Shown one piece after another: positions 12,981 through 26,640 of a stretch of 64,000 nucleotides of DNA (positions are counted from its first letter, which is position 1; each line of letters starts with the position of its first letter). Under the pieces are notes generated by a model. The model ran no database searches. It was not told the origin of the DNA and saw only the letters and a list, made by a program, of their open reading frames with translations. The DNA is from Epiperipatus broadwayi. Lineage: Eukaryota > Animalia > Onychophora. The DNA lies in NCBI GenBank assembly GCA_028023455.1, contig JAQFVV010000010.1, positions 8,060,001 to 8,124,000 of the forward strand. Direction: 5' to 3'. Both the position numbers and the translations under genes were made by a program.

Positions 12981-15883
12981 AATTCTGTATGGAGAATTTT
13001 GCTTTTGTGCAAATAGCTTGTGTAAGCATAAAGAATGGTGATCATGTAATATTCAATGGTTTAAAACTGAAATATAGAGTACATATTATGGATACAAATA
13101 CATTGATTCTAGGGTTAATTAAAATTAATAATTTTAAAGCTAAAATTTAAAAAAAAACTGACTATAGTTGAAATTTAAAATGATTAAATATAATATTTAA
13201 ATTTTTTCTTAATTTTGCATAGAAACAAAAAACAAATCATTATATAAGGAGATCTGGATTTTAAATAAAAGAATTAAGTAAAAAAACCAAGTGATTAATG
13301 TCTACAGTTTTATTTACTATATCAAAATGTTTAATATTAAAATTGATAGTTACAATTTTGTTGTTACTTAAAAAAAAAACTAAGTAGTAAACATATTTAT
13401 TTTAAATTATTAAAGTTCTATAGTAATATAGAAATAAATTATATTCAAAAGTTTTATATTGTTATTAAAAATAAATTTAATACACAAAATGTATTTTTAA
13501 ATACATATTCAAACTACAGATTTTAAATTAATAATAATTTAACATGTATTTAAAGTTTCAGAAATACACAGAGGATTTACAAGAAAAAGATTCTATTAAT
13601 ACTCATTTAATCAGTGATGGATTAATAGTATTGTATCTGTACTTTAAAACTGAATCAATATGTCCACAAATCTTTCAGTTCAACCTAATCAATCAGTGGG
13701 CAGGGGTTAATGATCTACTAGTAATAACAAGATCAATCAAATTTACAATATACAAATGACATTACAAATAATCTGTATGACATCAATATTATATGACATA
13801 TTTTTCTTGCATTATATATAATAAAGCTTCTTGTCAACAATATCTTGGGTGATTAATTGCAAAAATATAGCAGAGTAAAAATTATATTTAAAAACAATCC
13901 AATTTAACATCATTTGTTTTGTACAAAAATAGTAAAAAATCAATTACTGACTAGGCTCACCAATTTACTGATGGTGACTATTGAGTAGTTTTCATTCTTA
14001 TTTTACCCTTTAGCATTTTCTAACTAATATTGGATTATTAGCTTGGTTAGTTAGGGGCAGTAATTTGAAAAAAAAAAATCTAAATCCAAGTTGAATGTGT
14101 AAAAAATTTACGTTTATCTGGCCTGGGTTCAAACCTAGGTCGTAAGCATGGTAGACAGACACACGCACACACTATATATAATTAATAGTCAATAATATAT
14201 TTAAGTTTACTTAGAATAAATAAGTATTAAACATATATAATTAAATAATGTATTAATTACAATTTATTTAAAATAAAGAGAAGAAATCGCAAAAATAAAT
14301 ATAGTATCACATAGAATAATATACATTTTAACCATTATTTGTTTTCTTTTAAGCTTTTACTAAGAAGAGAGGATTATTTTATGTTGAAATAAAAAGTAAT
14401 CAATAAGAATAGAAGCCTTATAAAAACCCTTGTAATTACGAGTTGAATTCCTTGTGAAAGAAATGAGTTCAACATTTTTACCAAATTGATTCCAAGAAAT
14501 TGATCAATAAAATCTTAAGTATGAAAAAAGACTCATTTTCACGAAATCAATTTTTAAATTTTTTTGCTATTGACCTATTTTATTTTACAGATTTTTTTTT
14601 TTTAAAAAAAAAAAGATATTTAAGCATAAATTAGAATTACTTTTTCCCCATTTTCCGACGTACTTAGAGTCAATAGTCACTAGGTGGCAATGGTTAAGCC
14701 GATCGATTTTAAAAGATTAGATTAAAAAGAAAGAATGCGGAGGATTAAATTTGTATAGCAATTAAAATATTTATAATCAAGGGAAATAATGGCAAAGGTT
14801 ACTTTAAAAGAAAGTTAATAAAATTATAGTGATAATGAAATTCTAATGAATGGAATGTGTGAAAACCAGACTGTTATAATAGAAAGGAAAAAGATTTTAG
14901 ATTACTAAATAGCTATAAACCAATAATAATAATTTAATAAAATATTTATACTAATGGGTAGAATGGAAGAATATAAGCTTTTGGAGGAGATTCGGAATAG
15001 ATTTTGTTCAGGGAGATGGATGGGAAATAATCTATTCATTGCTATTCGGTTGATAAATTATTATCAGGAATTTTGAAAAAGTATATATCTAGTGTTATTA
15101 AAAATAAATACAAATAACAATTAAGAGATGTAATATATGTGAAAGTTAAATGTAAAATTGGATTCGAAAGGACGTCTATTATCATTATTATATATTTTGT
15201 TCTTTAAAAAATTAAATATTAAGATAGAAAGATTAAGATTAAGGCGAAGAGTCTCATAATGAAAACTAAAGTAATATATAACATGGTAGCTCTCTTCTTT
15301 TGCAGTATATCATTTTTTCAAATAGAATAAATATAAAGAATTGTTATTTAAAAAACAGGCAAAAATATGAAGAAAAATCTACATTTAATAATTAATAAAA
15401 AGATAAAGCTGAAAAATAAAAAATGGGAGATATCTATCTGAAAAAATGAGAAGTATAGATATTTGAATATTTTGTCAAATGGAAAAATGAATAATATGGA
15501 TAGTTGGAAATTAAAAATAAGAAAAAAAATATGACTGATTAAAACTGTCATGTTTTTCATGTAACAGATATGAAAGTTGTCTATCTATAAAAAAGATATT
15601 ACGCATGGGAGAAAGAGAAACGTAAATAGCCATATGTGTGTGTGTGTGTGTGCTGAAAATCTGATATTTAATCTTTAACTTGGATTAAAGTTTATATCTG
15701 TGCTAGAGAAAATCTCTAGTTTAATAAATGATTAGTAATAATAATTACGTGTTTATCAAAAAGTTGATAACGTAAAAGTTGGGAGAGGAGTAAATTGACG
15801 CTTGAAAATAAAAATGAGACAATTTGCTCTACATAAATACTCTTCATGTAATGAAGATATATATATGAGAGATGATGACCTGG

Positions 15884-15925
15884 CCCAACTGATGAGTGCT
15901 GGTTCAGTACGAAATGCATCTTGGG
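15884..15925 (+). ncRNA. Canonical minimal type-I hammerhead ribozyme (family 1)
   Basis: CCCAA-CTGATGA-GTGCTG(GTT)CAGTAC-GAAA-TGCA-TC-TTGGG. Intact core, 5-bp stem I, 6-bp stem II, palindromic ATGCAT stem III. Confidence 0.85.
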
Positions 15926-17439
15926 GGTTATTTGTCTTTTATTGTATCTTTATTTATAAGAAATTATTTATAAAATAAAAAAGAATGGAGAAATATGGAA
16001 GTTGCCTATCTATAAAAAAGATATGAATTATGTATAATAATTTGGAAAGAGTAATGGAATACGTTTTAATATTTGGAAATGAGATATTTTATATTGGATA
16101 GAAAATTCAGAGCGTTTTTAGATAGAATTTTTTAAAAAGTAGATGACTGTTAAATGATGTACAGCAAATGAAGTTATTCAAAGGAAAATGGAATAAATAT
16201 TTTTATTAAATAAAGGCAAATTTGGAGAGTTATAATATATAAATAAAAATAGATTAATAAAAATGCTACTTAATTGAATTATATGGAAACATCAAGGCAT
16301 TAAAATATGCACATTTAATGTATAGAGGTTTTATTTTTATGTATTTATATAATGTAACCAAAATTAAATGAATCAAAAAAAAGATATTATTATATCTGAG
16401 TAAAGGAGTTCAAATATCAAAAATTATAAGCCATTGTAACATAAATAAAGTTACTCAAAGAAATATTTAAAGGAGTCCAAATATCAAGATATTAAGTAAA
16501 TTATTAGCAAATTATTCTAGCAATGTATTATAACTCATGTATATGAAATCACGTGAGGTGAGTACACTAGTAATTCAATAAAATATAGCTCAGGTATACA
16601 GACAGTAATCTTACCCACTTTCATTTCTTGGTTTGATGTTAAGTGCATGTTTAAACAAATACTAAGTGAATATGGTCTAGCAGGGCGCCACTAGATTATC
16701 TGAATCTAGACACGGTTATATCTGATAACCTTTCACATGTACCGGATTTGAATCCCTTCTTGGTACTTTATTTATAATAAAATGGAAGATTTTGCTTTTT
16801 GAGCCATATCACTATAAACACTAATATTTAGGTAAAAGTAAAACATCTTTAAACCAAAGTGGAGTATATTAGACATAAATCATTTCTCAGATCTTAGCAT
16901 AACAAATGTGTTTCAATATATTTTATAAGTTCACTAGCTCAGATTATATATAACTAATTTAGGATGGCAATTCACTCATCCTTGCATGAAATAGATGATG
17001 GGATGTGGTTATAATAATACTAAGAGATCACTAAATATTATAAAATCAATATTTATTTATGGCCTTTAAACAGTTAAACAGCTCATTAATTAAAACGTTG
17101 ATGACGATGATGATGATGATAATAATAACGATAATGACAAGGGTTTCAACTACAGCTCTAGGACTAAGCCTAAACATAAAACTAATTTTTATAAAGAAAT
17201 TCATAATTATTGCTTAATTTTAGCATATTTACTTATATCTTAAATAACTAATATTCAACCATGATGATGATGAATAATCACACTTAACAAAGACTACACT
17301 TAATGAAATATATACGCCTCGTTTAATAAAACAAACTAATATTTATTACTACATTTCTAACATATACATAAAAATTTCTAGATAAATATGAAAATTGACA
17401 TGAATAACAATAATAATAATTGATTATATAACAATCCTC

Positions 17440-17928
17440 AGATTAATTTTAAGTTCTTCCCCCTTTCCCTTCAAATGTATTTTTGTATTAAGTTGGACGT
17501 CCCTCCTCTCTCCTAACCTAAATATTATATTAAATTTAATATATAAAAATATTTTACTTTCCTCTCTCCCCCCTTTTCCCCTTAAATTTTTCTTATCACC
17601 TCTACTTCTCTTTTTCTCCCTTTCCCCCCTTCTCTACCTTATTTCATTCTTTTCCTTTCCTATATCCCTTATATTTATATTTAACCCTAATACCTATATA
17701 TTATTAAAAATATACCATTAATTAATTTTTTTAATATTTATATAATAATTTAAAAATTTTTTTTTTTTCTATTTTTTTATTTTTTTTTTTCTTTTTTTTT
17801 TATTTTTTTTTAATTCTTTAAATTTTTACCATTTTTTAATTTTTTTAATTTTAAAAAAAAAAACTTTTTTTTTTTTTTTTTTTTTTTTTTCCTTTTTTTT
17901 TTTTGTTTTTTTTTTTTATTTTTTTTTT

Positions 17929-17961
<33 letters not shown>

Positions 17962-18660
17962 TTATTTTTTTTTTTCTTTCCTTTTACTTTTTTTATTTTT
18001 TTTTTTTTTTTCCCCCTCCGCCCCCCATTCTCCTCTTAATTTTTTATATCTCTCATAAATTATCATTTTTCTTTCTACTCCTCCCCTTTTATTTTTTTTA
18101 TCTCTTTAATTTTTCATTATTTTTTCTCAAATTACCCTTTCCCACTTTTTTTTTTAAAAAAAAAAAAAACATCTTTTTTTTTTTTTTTTTTTTTCCTCCC
18201 ACTCCCCTCCTCTTTTATCATCCCCCTTCCTTCCAATCCTCTACAAAAAATAACCTATTCCTCTTTTTTCACAAAAACTAAAAAAAATTTAATATCCCCT
18301 TTCCTTTCTTTTTATATTTTTCCCCCCCCTTCCTTCCTTTCACATCCTAACCCCACTATAACCATTTCTACTTCTCCCATAATAAAAAAAAAAAAACAAA
18401 AAAAAGAAAATTAATATACCGTTGTTATAAGAAAAATTAATTTTAAATAAAAAAAACAAATTAATATTCCCCCTCCTTATGATTCATATCTTTTTTTAAA
18501 AAAAAAATTAAATATTAAATAGTTTAAATGTGTGTATCCCCTTTCCATCCACCCACCAACAACAAGAAATACCCCTCTCCCTCCCCTTTCAAGCTTTTAA
18601 AATTGGACCTGGAGGGGTTGGAGTTGGAAGCCGCCCCCCCCACATTTCCATTTAAGAAAA
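17440..18660. other. G-depleted homopolymer-rich tract; possible low-quality sequence
   Basis: Long T, C and A runs with almost no G on the plus strand and no period. Confidence 0.6.
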
Positions 18661-18749
18661 TATGAAATGATGATGTTTGGTTTATCTTTTCTACCTGCAC
18701 ATTACTATAAATTTAGCTAGTGACTAAATTGTAATGGCACAATAAGAAA

Positions 18750-19500
18750 TGAGTTAAACATATTGAGAATATATTTTAGGTGCATAATTATGAAGAATAA
18801 GAAAAGTGTATGAATAGGAAGTTAGAGAAAAAGAGATAGAGTTATGAAAAATGAATATAAATAAAAAAGGTACTTTATAGTTATATAAAAATTTAAAAAT
18901 ATATACATACAGAAAAATGCATAATAGTACTAGAGGAAGCTTATTGTTATTAAGTATAAGAAAAATATTTTGAATATCAAGGAAAGGCCACAAAATGGAG
19001 TAAAAATTTGGACTATCATTTGATTTATATGAAGATGAAATAAAGATTATGAAACATTTATTTTTAGAGTGTATATATGAGATTCAGAAAAAAATCCACA
19101 AAGAATGAAAAAAAAAAAACATAAAGAAATAAAAGAGGTACAGATCTTCTGGTTGTTTATTTAAATCTTTATAACAAAAATGGGAAATATGAGAATAAGA
19201 TATTGGATTTAATGAAATGGATTTGATTAAAATGAGATAAGAGAAGAAAAAAATAGCAGGGTTAAACAAATGATTTGGGTGATTTAAAGGAAAAATAGGT
19301 GGTATTTTAATATTGTTTGGGTGTTATTTAATATTAATAGTTGTGTTTATAAACATGATTAATGATGATGGAAAAAATGGGAAATAAATTAAAATGTTTT
19401 AATAAAAGAATAATATAGACTGATGATTATTTTTGAAATTGAAATCAAGGAACACATATGTTTGTTAAATGTATTTTCTGGATGTATATTTATTTATTAT
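18750..19500 (+). mobile_element. Possible very old RTE RT relic
   Basis: Purine-rich broken frames faintly resemble the RTE RT core. The match is weak. Confidence 0.3.
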
Positions 19501-20800
19501 GAGAATCTTGAGTTATTTTGAAAAGAAAAATAAGATACAAGCTAAATATAAGTGAACAAACTGAAAAGGCAAGATTAATTAATATTATTGCAAATGAATT
19601 TATAAATATGATATTGCTTTCAATTTCATGATATCTTCTTGGATAAATATATTAAAAATTATTACTATTATTTTTTAAAGCCATAGAATATTATTTGATT
19701 TTTTAATCAGATACAAAATTTAAACTCAATTAAAGATGGATATATCAATCATTAAAACACAACATGAGTAATATCATTAAAATTATTGTTTAAAGTTTTT
19801 ATTTGGGCTAAAAAAATTATATAGTAATTTATACCCCCCCCCCACTCTTCCCCCAAGAGAAGATAATTTTTACTATCCAAGATGATATCATCAAAAATAA
19901 ATGGATTCAAGTGATGTTATACTGTTAATGGAGCTATAAAAAGTTTACTATATATTAATACTACACTGTAATAATGAAGATATGGATAGTCAAAGGTTTG
20001 GCCAATCAATGGAAACTCATTTTACCAGAAATACATTTTAGAAACCATTTACTTTACTCCTGTATATTAATTGATGTGTTTTAAAGATAAATAAAAGTCA
20101 TAAATCTTACTGTTTATTTAATGCTAAGATAGAAAATGCATGATCATATTCTATAGAAAGAAATATAAGATATGTTAGAAGACAAATTATGGATGAAGAT
20201 TGGTAAAAGAAAAAAAAAGTAGTTAAGAATACTCAAGACACAGAGCAAAAAATTGGAATACTTACAAAGATGTTATAAAATAACATACAGATTTTTTAAT
20301 GAAATAATTAACTGATAATGATAAATAAACAGACATATTTAAATTAAAGCTTCTGATAGTAATAAAAGTTATTTTTAGAAATTCTAACATAGCATTTAGA
20401 GATTCTAAAATCAGTTTAAGCAACATAAATAATCTAGAATTATTGTCAGATATCATTTATTATTTCATAAGAGACCATTGTCTAAAAGTTTCAATCAACT
20501 GAAATAGGAATGTAAATATATTCCTGTCTTTTTGATATCTTATTTTCAACATTAAATCCTAAATGCAAAGTTTTCAAAACAACCACATTTAAGAATTACA
20601 TCATGGTAGAGTTTAAATTATTTTTCTATTATGTGGCACAAACCCAGTGATATTTAGTTTTCTTTTCCTGAAGAATTACTCATAAAAGTTATGCATTCTT
20701 TGAGAGAGGTCTGTAGTAACGCTGTATAATGTATAATATACCTACATTTCAACTGTTATTATATAGTTATATATTTTATTTTGTTCATTATATCATAGTT

Positions 20801-20832
20801 CTGAAGAAGACTGCAGGACAGTCAAAACATAG
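20801..20832 (+). ncRNA. Decayed HHR (pLTR relic)
   Basis: CTGAAGA-A-GACTG(CAGGA)CAGTC-AAAA-CAT. G12 is mutated and stem I is not evident. Confidence 0.5.
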
Positions 20833-22133
20833 ATGTATGTATATATGTACAAATAAATAAATTTGCTAAAAAGTGTTCAAAGTGGTTTAGATAAATTGTA
20901 TTTACAACTATCATCCTGGTACATTTTAATACATTGATGCACAAAATAGAGTTTTGGGAGAGCTGTCTTAGACTATGAAGAAATTTTTGTTATAAAAATA
21001 TGCAATTCTCTCCCTTTGCATTTTCATTTGGAACATACAGAGTGACTGGTTTGAAAAAAGGTTAATATATCCTTTTTGTTTTTCTTTAAATTATTAAACA
21101 CATAAAAATCTATCCAGAACTAATATATTATATAAAATATCTTTAGTAATTTTATTGGAATTTCACTAAAGTTGAAAATTAAAATTGATTCTCTTGTCAT
21201 TCAGAATGTTTAAATTCAAGAACACGGACACAATTTTTTTAGAGAAGTAATCATTTTCAAATTATATTTAATCTAAGTAATTCTTTCTTTTTCTGCTCTT
21301 TATTCAGCAGACAAGTAAACACAATAAAAAATTTTGTGATGACATATTTAATTTTGATCTAGACATTCAGAACATAGTAATTTAAAAATATGTTTTTTTA
21401 AAATCTAGAATTGATTAGACAGATGAGAAAAAAGATATTATTTGAAGAGTTCTAATAGAATTCAAAGCTTTCTTTTCAATATTTGCTCCAAAAGATGTTG
21501 CAAGTAGTGTAGTTGTTGAGATGGTATCATAATTTGCTGAATTTGATTTTTCTCATTAGTGTCTATGACAGAAGTCATGTTGAGACTTTTGTATTATTAA
21601 GATTAAATAAAAAAGTTAGCTATTTTCATTATTTTACTGATTTTTAAAAAATATATAATCATTATTTTTAAATAAATATCTTCAACAGTCCCTATTTTAA
21701 AAAGATTTACGATCTTTTATATATGTATTTTTTTAAAATAATACCAATGTTAAGAAGTTTTAGATTAATTAGTATTATTGTTAACCATGTTAAAACTTTT
21801 AACATTATTCTTAGAAAAAAATATTAAAAGAAATATGATGAATAAATCATAATTATATTATTAGCTTCTAATAAAAAAAACCTTCCTGCATAGTTTAATG
21901 CTATGGTAGAATGTTGGACTTGGAGATCCATGGATTGCAGTCAACTGTGTCACTGTGGGTACTCAAATACCATTTCTTTTTCAAACATTTCAAAGAATTA
22001 AAAATAATAAAATATTTTTACCAAGAGAATAATTTTTATTTAATGAAATCTTAATATTCATAGTTTTGAAATGATCATTGTTTAATGTAGATAAATTAAT
22101 GATCTAATCATTAAAGTGATTACCAATATAGTT

Positions 22134-22239
22134 TTTTTTTTAAGTGTCATAACATCGGCCGGGACGTGAACCTGCAACCCAGGCAACTGCCTGCAAGTGC
22201 AAGGCAATCGCGCTGACCTCTCGACCACCAATGCAAGAC
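22134..22239 (-). mobile_element. ~100-bp tRNA-Gly-derived SINE, copy 1
   Basis: Box A TGGTCGAGAGG, box B GGTTCACGTCC, oligo-A tail. 16-bp TSD GATTACCAATATAGTT at 22118-22133 and 22240-22255. Confidence 0.88.
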
Positions 22240-22390
22240 GATTACCAATATAGTTGATAGATCAATATTCACTTTTGATACTTTATTTCAAAGTGATATT
22301 AAGCATCTCATGACTATATTATCTTACTTCATTTACTCCAAGACAATAATAACTTCTTTTTCCAGAAAACTATGTAAGCATTAAATATAG

Positions 22391-22801
22391 CCAATAAACA
22401 TCACACGATCACCATTTCTTATGCTTGATTATAACTGTTATTAAAACAGGCAAAACTCTCCATACAGTATTGCCACTCAGTGCAAGCCAGAGTAATCAAT
22501 GGATGCCAGAAGTCTTGTGCATAAAATCCCCATCTAGTGCCTACTCATCCTCACTGATGAAGGCCACAAACCAGAAACTAGTCTGCGGATATTGGATAAG
22601 TAGGCACTAGATGGGGATTTTATGCCCAAGCAGTGCTCTCAGATCCAAGGCTCCTCAAGGCCACAATCCAGAAATTAGTCTGGGGATATTGGATGAGTAG
22701 GCACTAGATGGTGATTTTATGCACAAGCCTTCTGGAATCCATTGATTACTCTGGCTTGCACTGAGTGGCAATACTGTATTGAGAGTTTTGCTTGTTTTAA
22801 T
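22391..22801 (+). mobile_element. TSD-flanked HHR mini-element with an inverted arm and a 49-bp tail (HHR family 2)
   Basis: 14-bp AGCATTAAATATAG at 22377-22390 and 22802-22815. 22440-22550 is the reverse complement of 22691-22801. HHR at 22549-22588 reads CCTCA-CTGATGA-A-GG(CCACAAA)CC-A-GAAA-CTAG-TC-TGCGG. A partial second unit lies about 100 bp downstream. Confidence 0.85.
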
Positions 22802-23526
22802 AGCATTAAATATAGATTGGAAGACTTTCATAATCATCTGTCTTATGCCTATTTTTATTATTTAAACTTATCAAATAAAAAATTCAAATATCTTACAATC
22901 AATTTATTTATTAAGTTTACAAAGATCAGAAAGTCTGTCCCAAGCACTTTTGGCATTGCTATCTGGAATAGATTACTGAGTGCAGATCACTTTATTTCAA
23001 TATTTTATTTAATGAAAGAGTATTTGTTTTAAACGAAATTTAAATATAAAAAAACTTTTGGGGGCAACTAATAAAGTAAATTGTTATTGACAGAAGTAAT
23101 ACTAAAAAAAGATATATTTCTATTAAAATTATAAAAGAAAATAAAGGCAGTAAAGTAACAGATGAAGTATTTACTTTTTGAACATAAATGTTACAAAGAT
23201 AATATGTTTTGACAGCATTAAAAATATTATAAAATAGAAAATTAATATTTTTTTTAAAAAATGGAAAATTGAAAGAGACATTCCAGACAACAGGAAATAA
23301 AAAAATATAGCTTAATATATTATTCAATTATTTTAGTAAAAGCAGTTTTCTGTGTTGGTATAAAATAAATTTCTGTATTACATTTTATTTGTATTACATA
23401 TTGATAGTATGTATATTTTATATCTGTAAACTATAGACAGTTAATTATATAAATTTGATAGCATATATATAATCATTAGAAACTAATCAACATTTAATAT
23501 ATATATTTATATTAATATATACATAC

Positions 23527-23556
23527 AATAACTGAAACACAGGCTTATTACATACC

Positions 23557-23588
<32 letters not shown>

Positions 23589-24028
23589 GAAACAGACTTT
23601 CACATGACCCACCACTCTCCACTCTATCTATAAACACTGGTACACTTAAACACATATATGTTGAAAAGATAAATAATCACCAATATACGTATTTCATGCT
23701 AAACCAGCAATCATCAGTTGGTCCAGATTATCATCTCTACACATATATATACAAGTGCTCAGATATATATTAAGATAGAAAATCCTCCTACTTTAATGGA
23801 CAGACTTCAATCTACTCCACACTCCAACTCTACAACCATCCATCCAATTGAAAATCTGATGATGTAATGCTCAAAGGCCACCCTGAGACTGAGATAATTG
23901 TCACACCCATGTTGACATAAGGTCAATCTGAACCCCACATGTACAGGACCTAGTCCATTTAATACATATGCAAGGATGGACAGACATCTCTACAATGTAA
24001 TAACTGAAACACAGGCTTATTACGTACC

Positions 24029-24068
<40 letters not shown>

Positions 24069-24355
24069 ATATGAGCACAGACTTTTACATGACCCACCAC
24101 TCTCCACTCTATCTAATAACACTGATACACTTAAACACATATATGTTGAAAAGATAAATAATCACCAATATACGTATTTCATGCTAAACCAGCAATCATC
24201 AGTTGGTCCAGATTATCATCTCTACACATATATATTACAAGTGCTCAGATATATATTAAGATAGACAATCCTCCTACTTTAATGGACAGGCTTCAATCTA
24301 CTCCACACTCCAACTCTTCAACCATTCATCCAATTGAAAATCTGATGATGTAATG
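23527..24355 (-). repeat. Tandem ~472-485-bp HHR-containing repeat, about 1.75 units (HHR family 1; pLTR/retrozyme-like)
   Basis: Units start at 23527 and 23999. Each has a (TA)n tract and CCAA-CTGATGA-TTGCT(GGTTT)AGCAT-GAAA-TACGTA-TA-TTGG at 23680-23721 and 24165-24206. Confidence 0.88.
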
Positions 24356-24419
24356 ATATGCATCTCACTGAAAATATTATGAATTAAACATACATATTAT
24401 TTCTTTAGCAAGGAAAGCT

Positions 24420-26023
24420 ATAGAAGAGAATAAAAGTCTAAAGAATGTAAAGCAACATCTTAGCATTGATAGAAAACTTATTTATGCAATAAGAAAAAAA
24501 TGATGAAACTATTACTAAAAAGAGATATGACATCACGAAATGTTTAGAAGCATTCCATCAAGAATTATATAGCAGAAGGAACAAGGAAAAGTATCTTGCT
24601 CAAGTCATGCAATTAAATTCATGAAGAAATGAAAAGCTCCAGGTAATGATGAAGCTATAAGTAATATCTTAAAAGAAGCAAATGAAGGAATATAATTTTT
24701 TTTGGCAAAGTTATATATCAAATGTCTAAATGATGAAGATGCAGTAGATGATTGGAAGAATGCAGTATTAATATTAATATTTAAAAAAAGCTGACAAAGA
24801 AGATAATAGAAAGTATAGATCTACAAATCTTTTATTAGTTCTATAATAAACATTTTATCAAGATAATTACAACTCATCTATGGAAAATTTTGCATTTTAG
24901 CCAACCAAAAGAACAAGCTGCATTTAAAAGTAATTTTCGTACAATGGATCATATCCAAGTTTTGAAAAAAGTTATAGAAAGAGTAATGAATATGAATTAC
25001 TATTATGCTTTGGATTTGTAGATTATGAAAAGGCATTGGATTCTGAAAGCATTTGGATCATCAAGGTATGGACCCAGGATATTGTCATATTCTGAAGAAT
25101 ATTTTAAAAAATGCAACAGCATCAATAAGATTGTATAATGATACTAGAAAGATTAACATTAAGAAGAGTATATGATAGGATGACTCCATATCTCTAAAAT
25201 GTTTTAAAGCAGTTTTACAAGAAGTATTTTGTGGATTAAAATGGAAAGCTAAGAAGATAAAAGTAAGTAGAGATTATTTAAGTCATTAGATTTTGCAGAT
25301 GATGTAGTTGTTTTTGCAAATAATACTTTAGAATTCAGTTAAATGTTTGCAACAGTTATTAGATAATAGAAGAAAATAGGGTTTAAAGATAAGTGTTAAA
25401 AAGATACTGTTCAATGGAGTTTCTCAAAGCAAAAAATTAAAGATAGATAATGAGAGTTAGAAAAGCAACAAATATCTTGGTCAGTTATCTACTCCAGATG
25501 GAACCATAATGGATAAAAATTAGTCATAGAATTAAACTTGGACTGAGTGCTCTTGGTAGAAATAACTTAATATTAAAAGGAAATATGCCTATGTGTTTGA
25601 AAAGGAAGATTTTTAATAAATATGTTTATCTGAGATTTGGATACTTAACAAGAACAGTACAGAAACTTTACATCACTCAATGAAGTATGGAGAAGTACAT
25701 GTTAGGAGTAACAAGAAGAGATTAAAAATGAAATACATAGATGAGAGTTTCTGACATCATTGAAAGAATTAAGACTGAAATGGTGTTGGACTGAACATAT
25801 TGCTAGAAGAGAGGATAACCAATGGATAATTGAAATTTTAAACTTGATTCCAAAAGATTTTAATAAGATGTAGAAAGAGACTCCATGTGATATGGATGAA
25901 ATAAAGAAGTGTGCTGTTATGTGGAGAAGAGAGGCTAGAAATAAAAAAAGATGGATTGAACTTGGAGTCACCTTCATCCTGCAGTGGATCACTAATCATT
26001 AAAAATAATAATGATGATGATGA
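24420..26023 (+). mobile_element. Decayed RTE-clade LINE, RT domain to 3' end
   Basis: Broken frames give QPKEQAAFKSNFRTMDHIQVLKKVIE, GFVDYEKALDS, RFADDVVVFAN, MPMCLKRKIFNK and HIARREDNQW. Ends in GAGTCACCTTCATCCTGCAGTGGATC and a (TAA/TGA)n tail. Confidence 0.85.
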
Positions 26024-26225
26024 TTTTTTTCCTGTAAAATATTTTGAACTAAATTTAAACATTTTTTTGTTATATTTAATGATTTCATTTTATTTTTCTG
26101 TGAAAGTAGTTACTACAAAATGTAAGATCATTTACTAATAATTCAATTTGTTAAGCATGCAATAGCATATCAGTCAATAGTATTCTGTCCAATAGACAGG
26201 TCCAGAGAGTACTCACTACATAAGT

Positions 26226-26640
26226 TCATCCATTTTTCCATTCCATTCTCTTCCTTGCCCATTTTTTCAATTCCACATAAGTATTCCCATCTCTTATATC
26301 ATTCAATAATGTCAATCTCTTCCATCCTTTCTTTTTATTTCCACTCACCATTCCCTCCAGAACATCTTTCATTAAACTATAATCTCTTCTCAATATCCCA
26401 ATCCAGTTTCTCTTTCTCTCTGTGATATTCTCAATCAACCTTCTTTCCTCATTTACTTTTTTCAAAACTTCTTCATTTGTTATTTTACTCATCCAACTGA
26501 TTTTTTCCATTTTTCTCCATGTCCACATCTCAAAAGCTTCCAATTTTTTCTTAATTCTATTACTCAATGTCCATGTCTCACAAACATATATTAATACACT
26601 CCACACATACAGATCATAAAAATTTAATTATAGTACAGCA
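26226..26640 (-). mobile_element. RTE/BovB-like LINE 3' fragment
   Basis: WSVLIYVCETWTLSNRIKKKLEAFEMWTWRKMEKISW...ITNEEVL...RKRNWIG..LR...LMKDVLEGMV. Confidence 0.85.

Noticed and set aside
14110-14165. tRNA/SINE-like B-box fragments (also near 10845 and 16745)
   Set aside because: Too short and degenerate; no A box, TSD or cloverleaf.
22425-22837. Two similar 60-aa ORFs on opposite strands
   Set aside because: They arise from the inverted arms of the non-coding HHR element.
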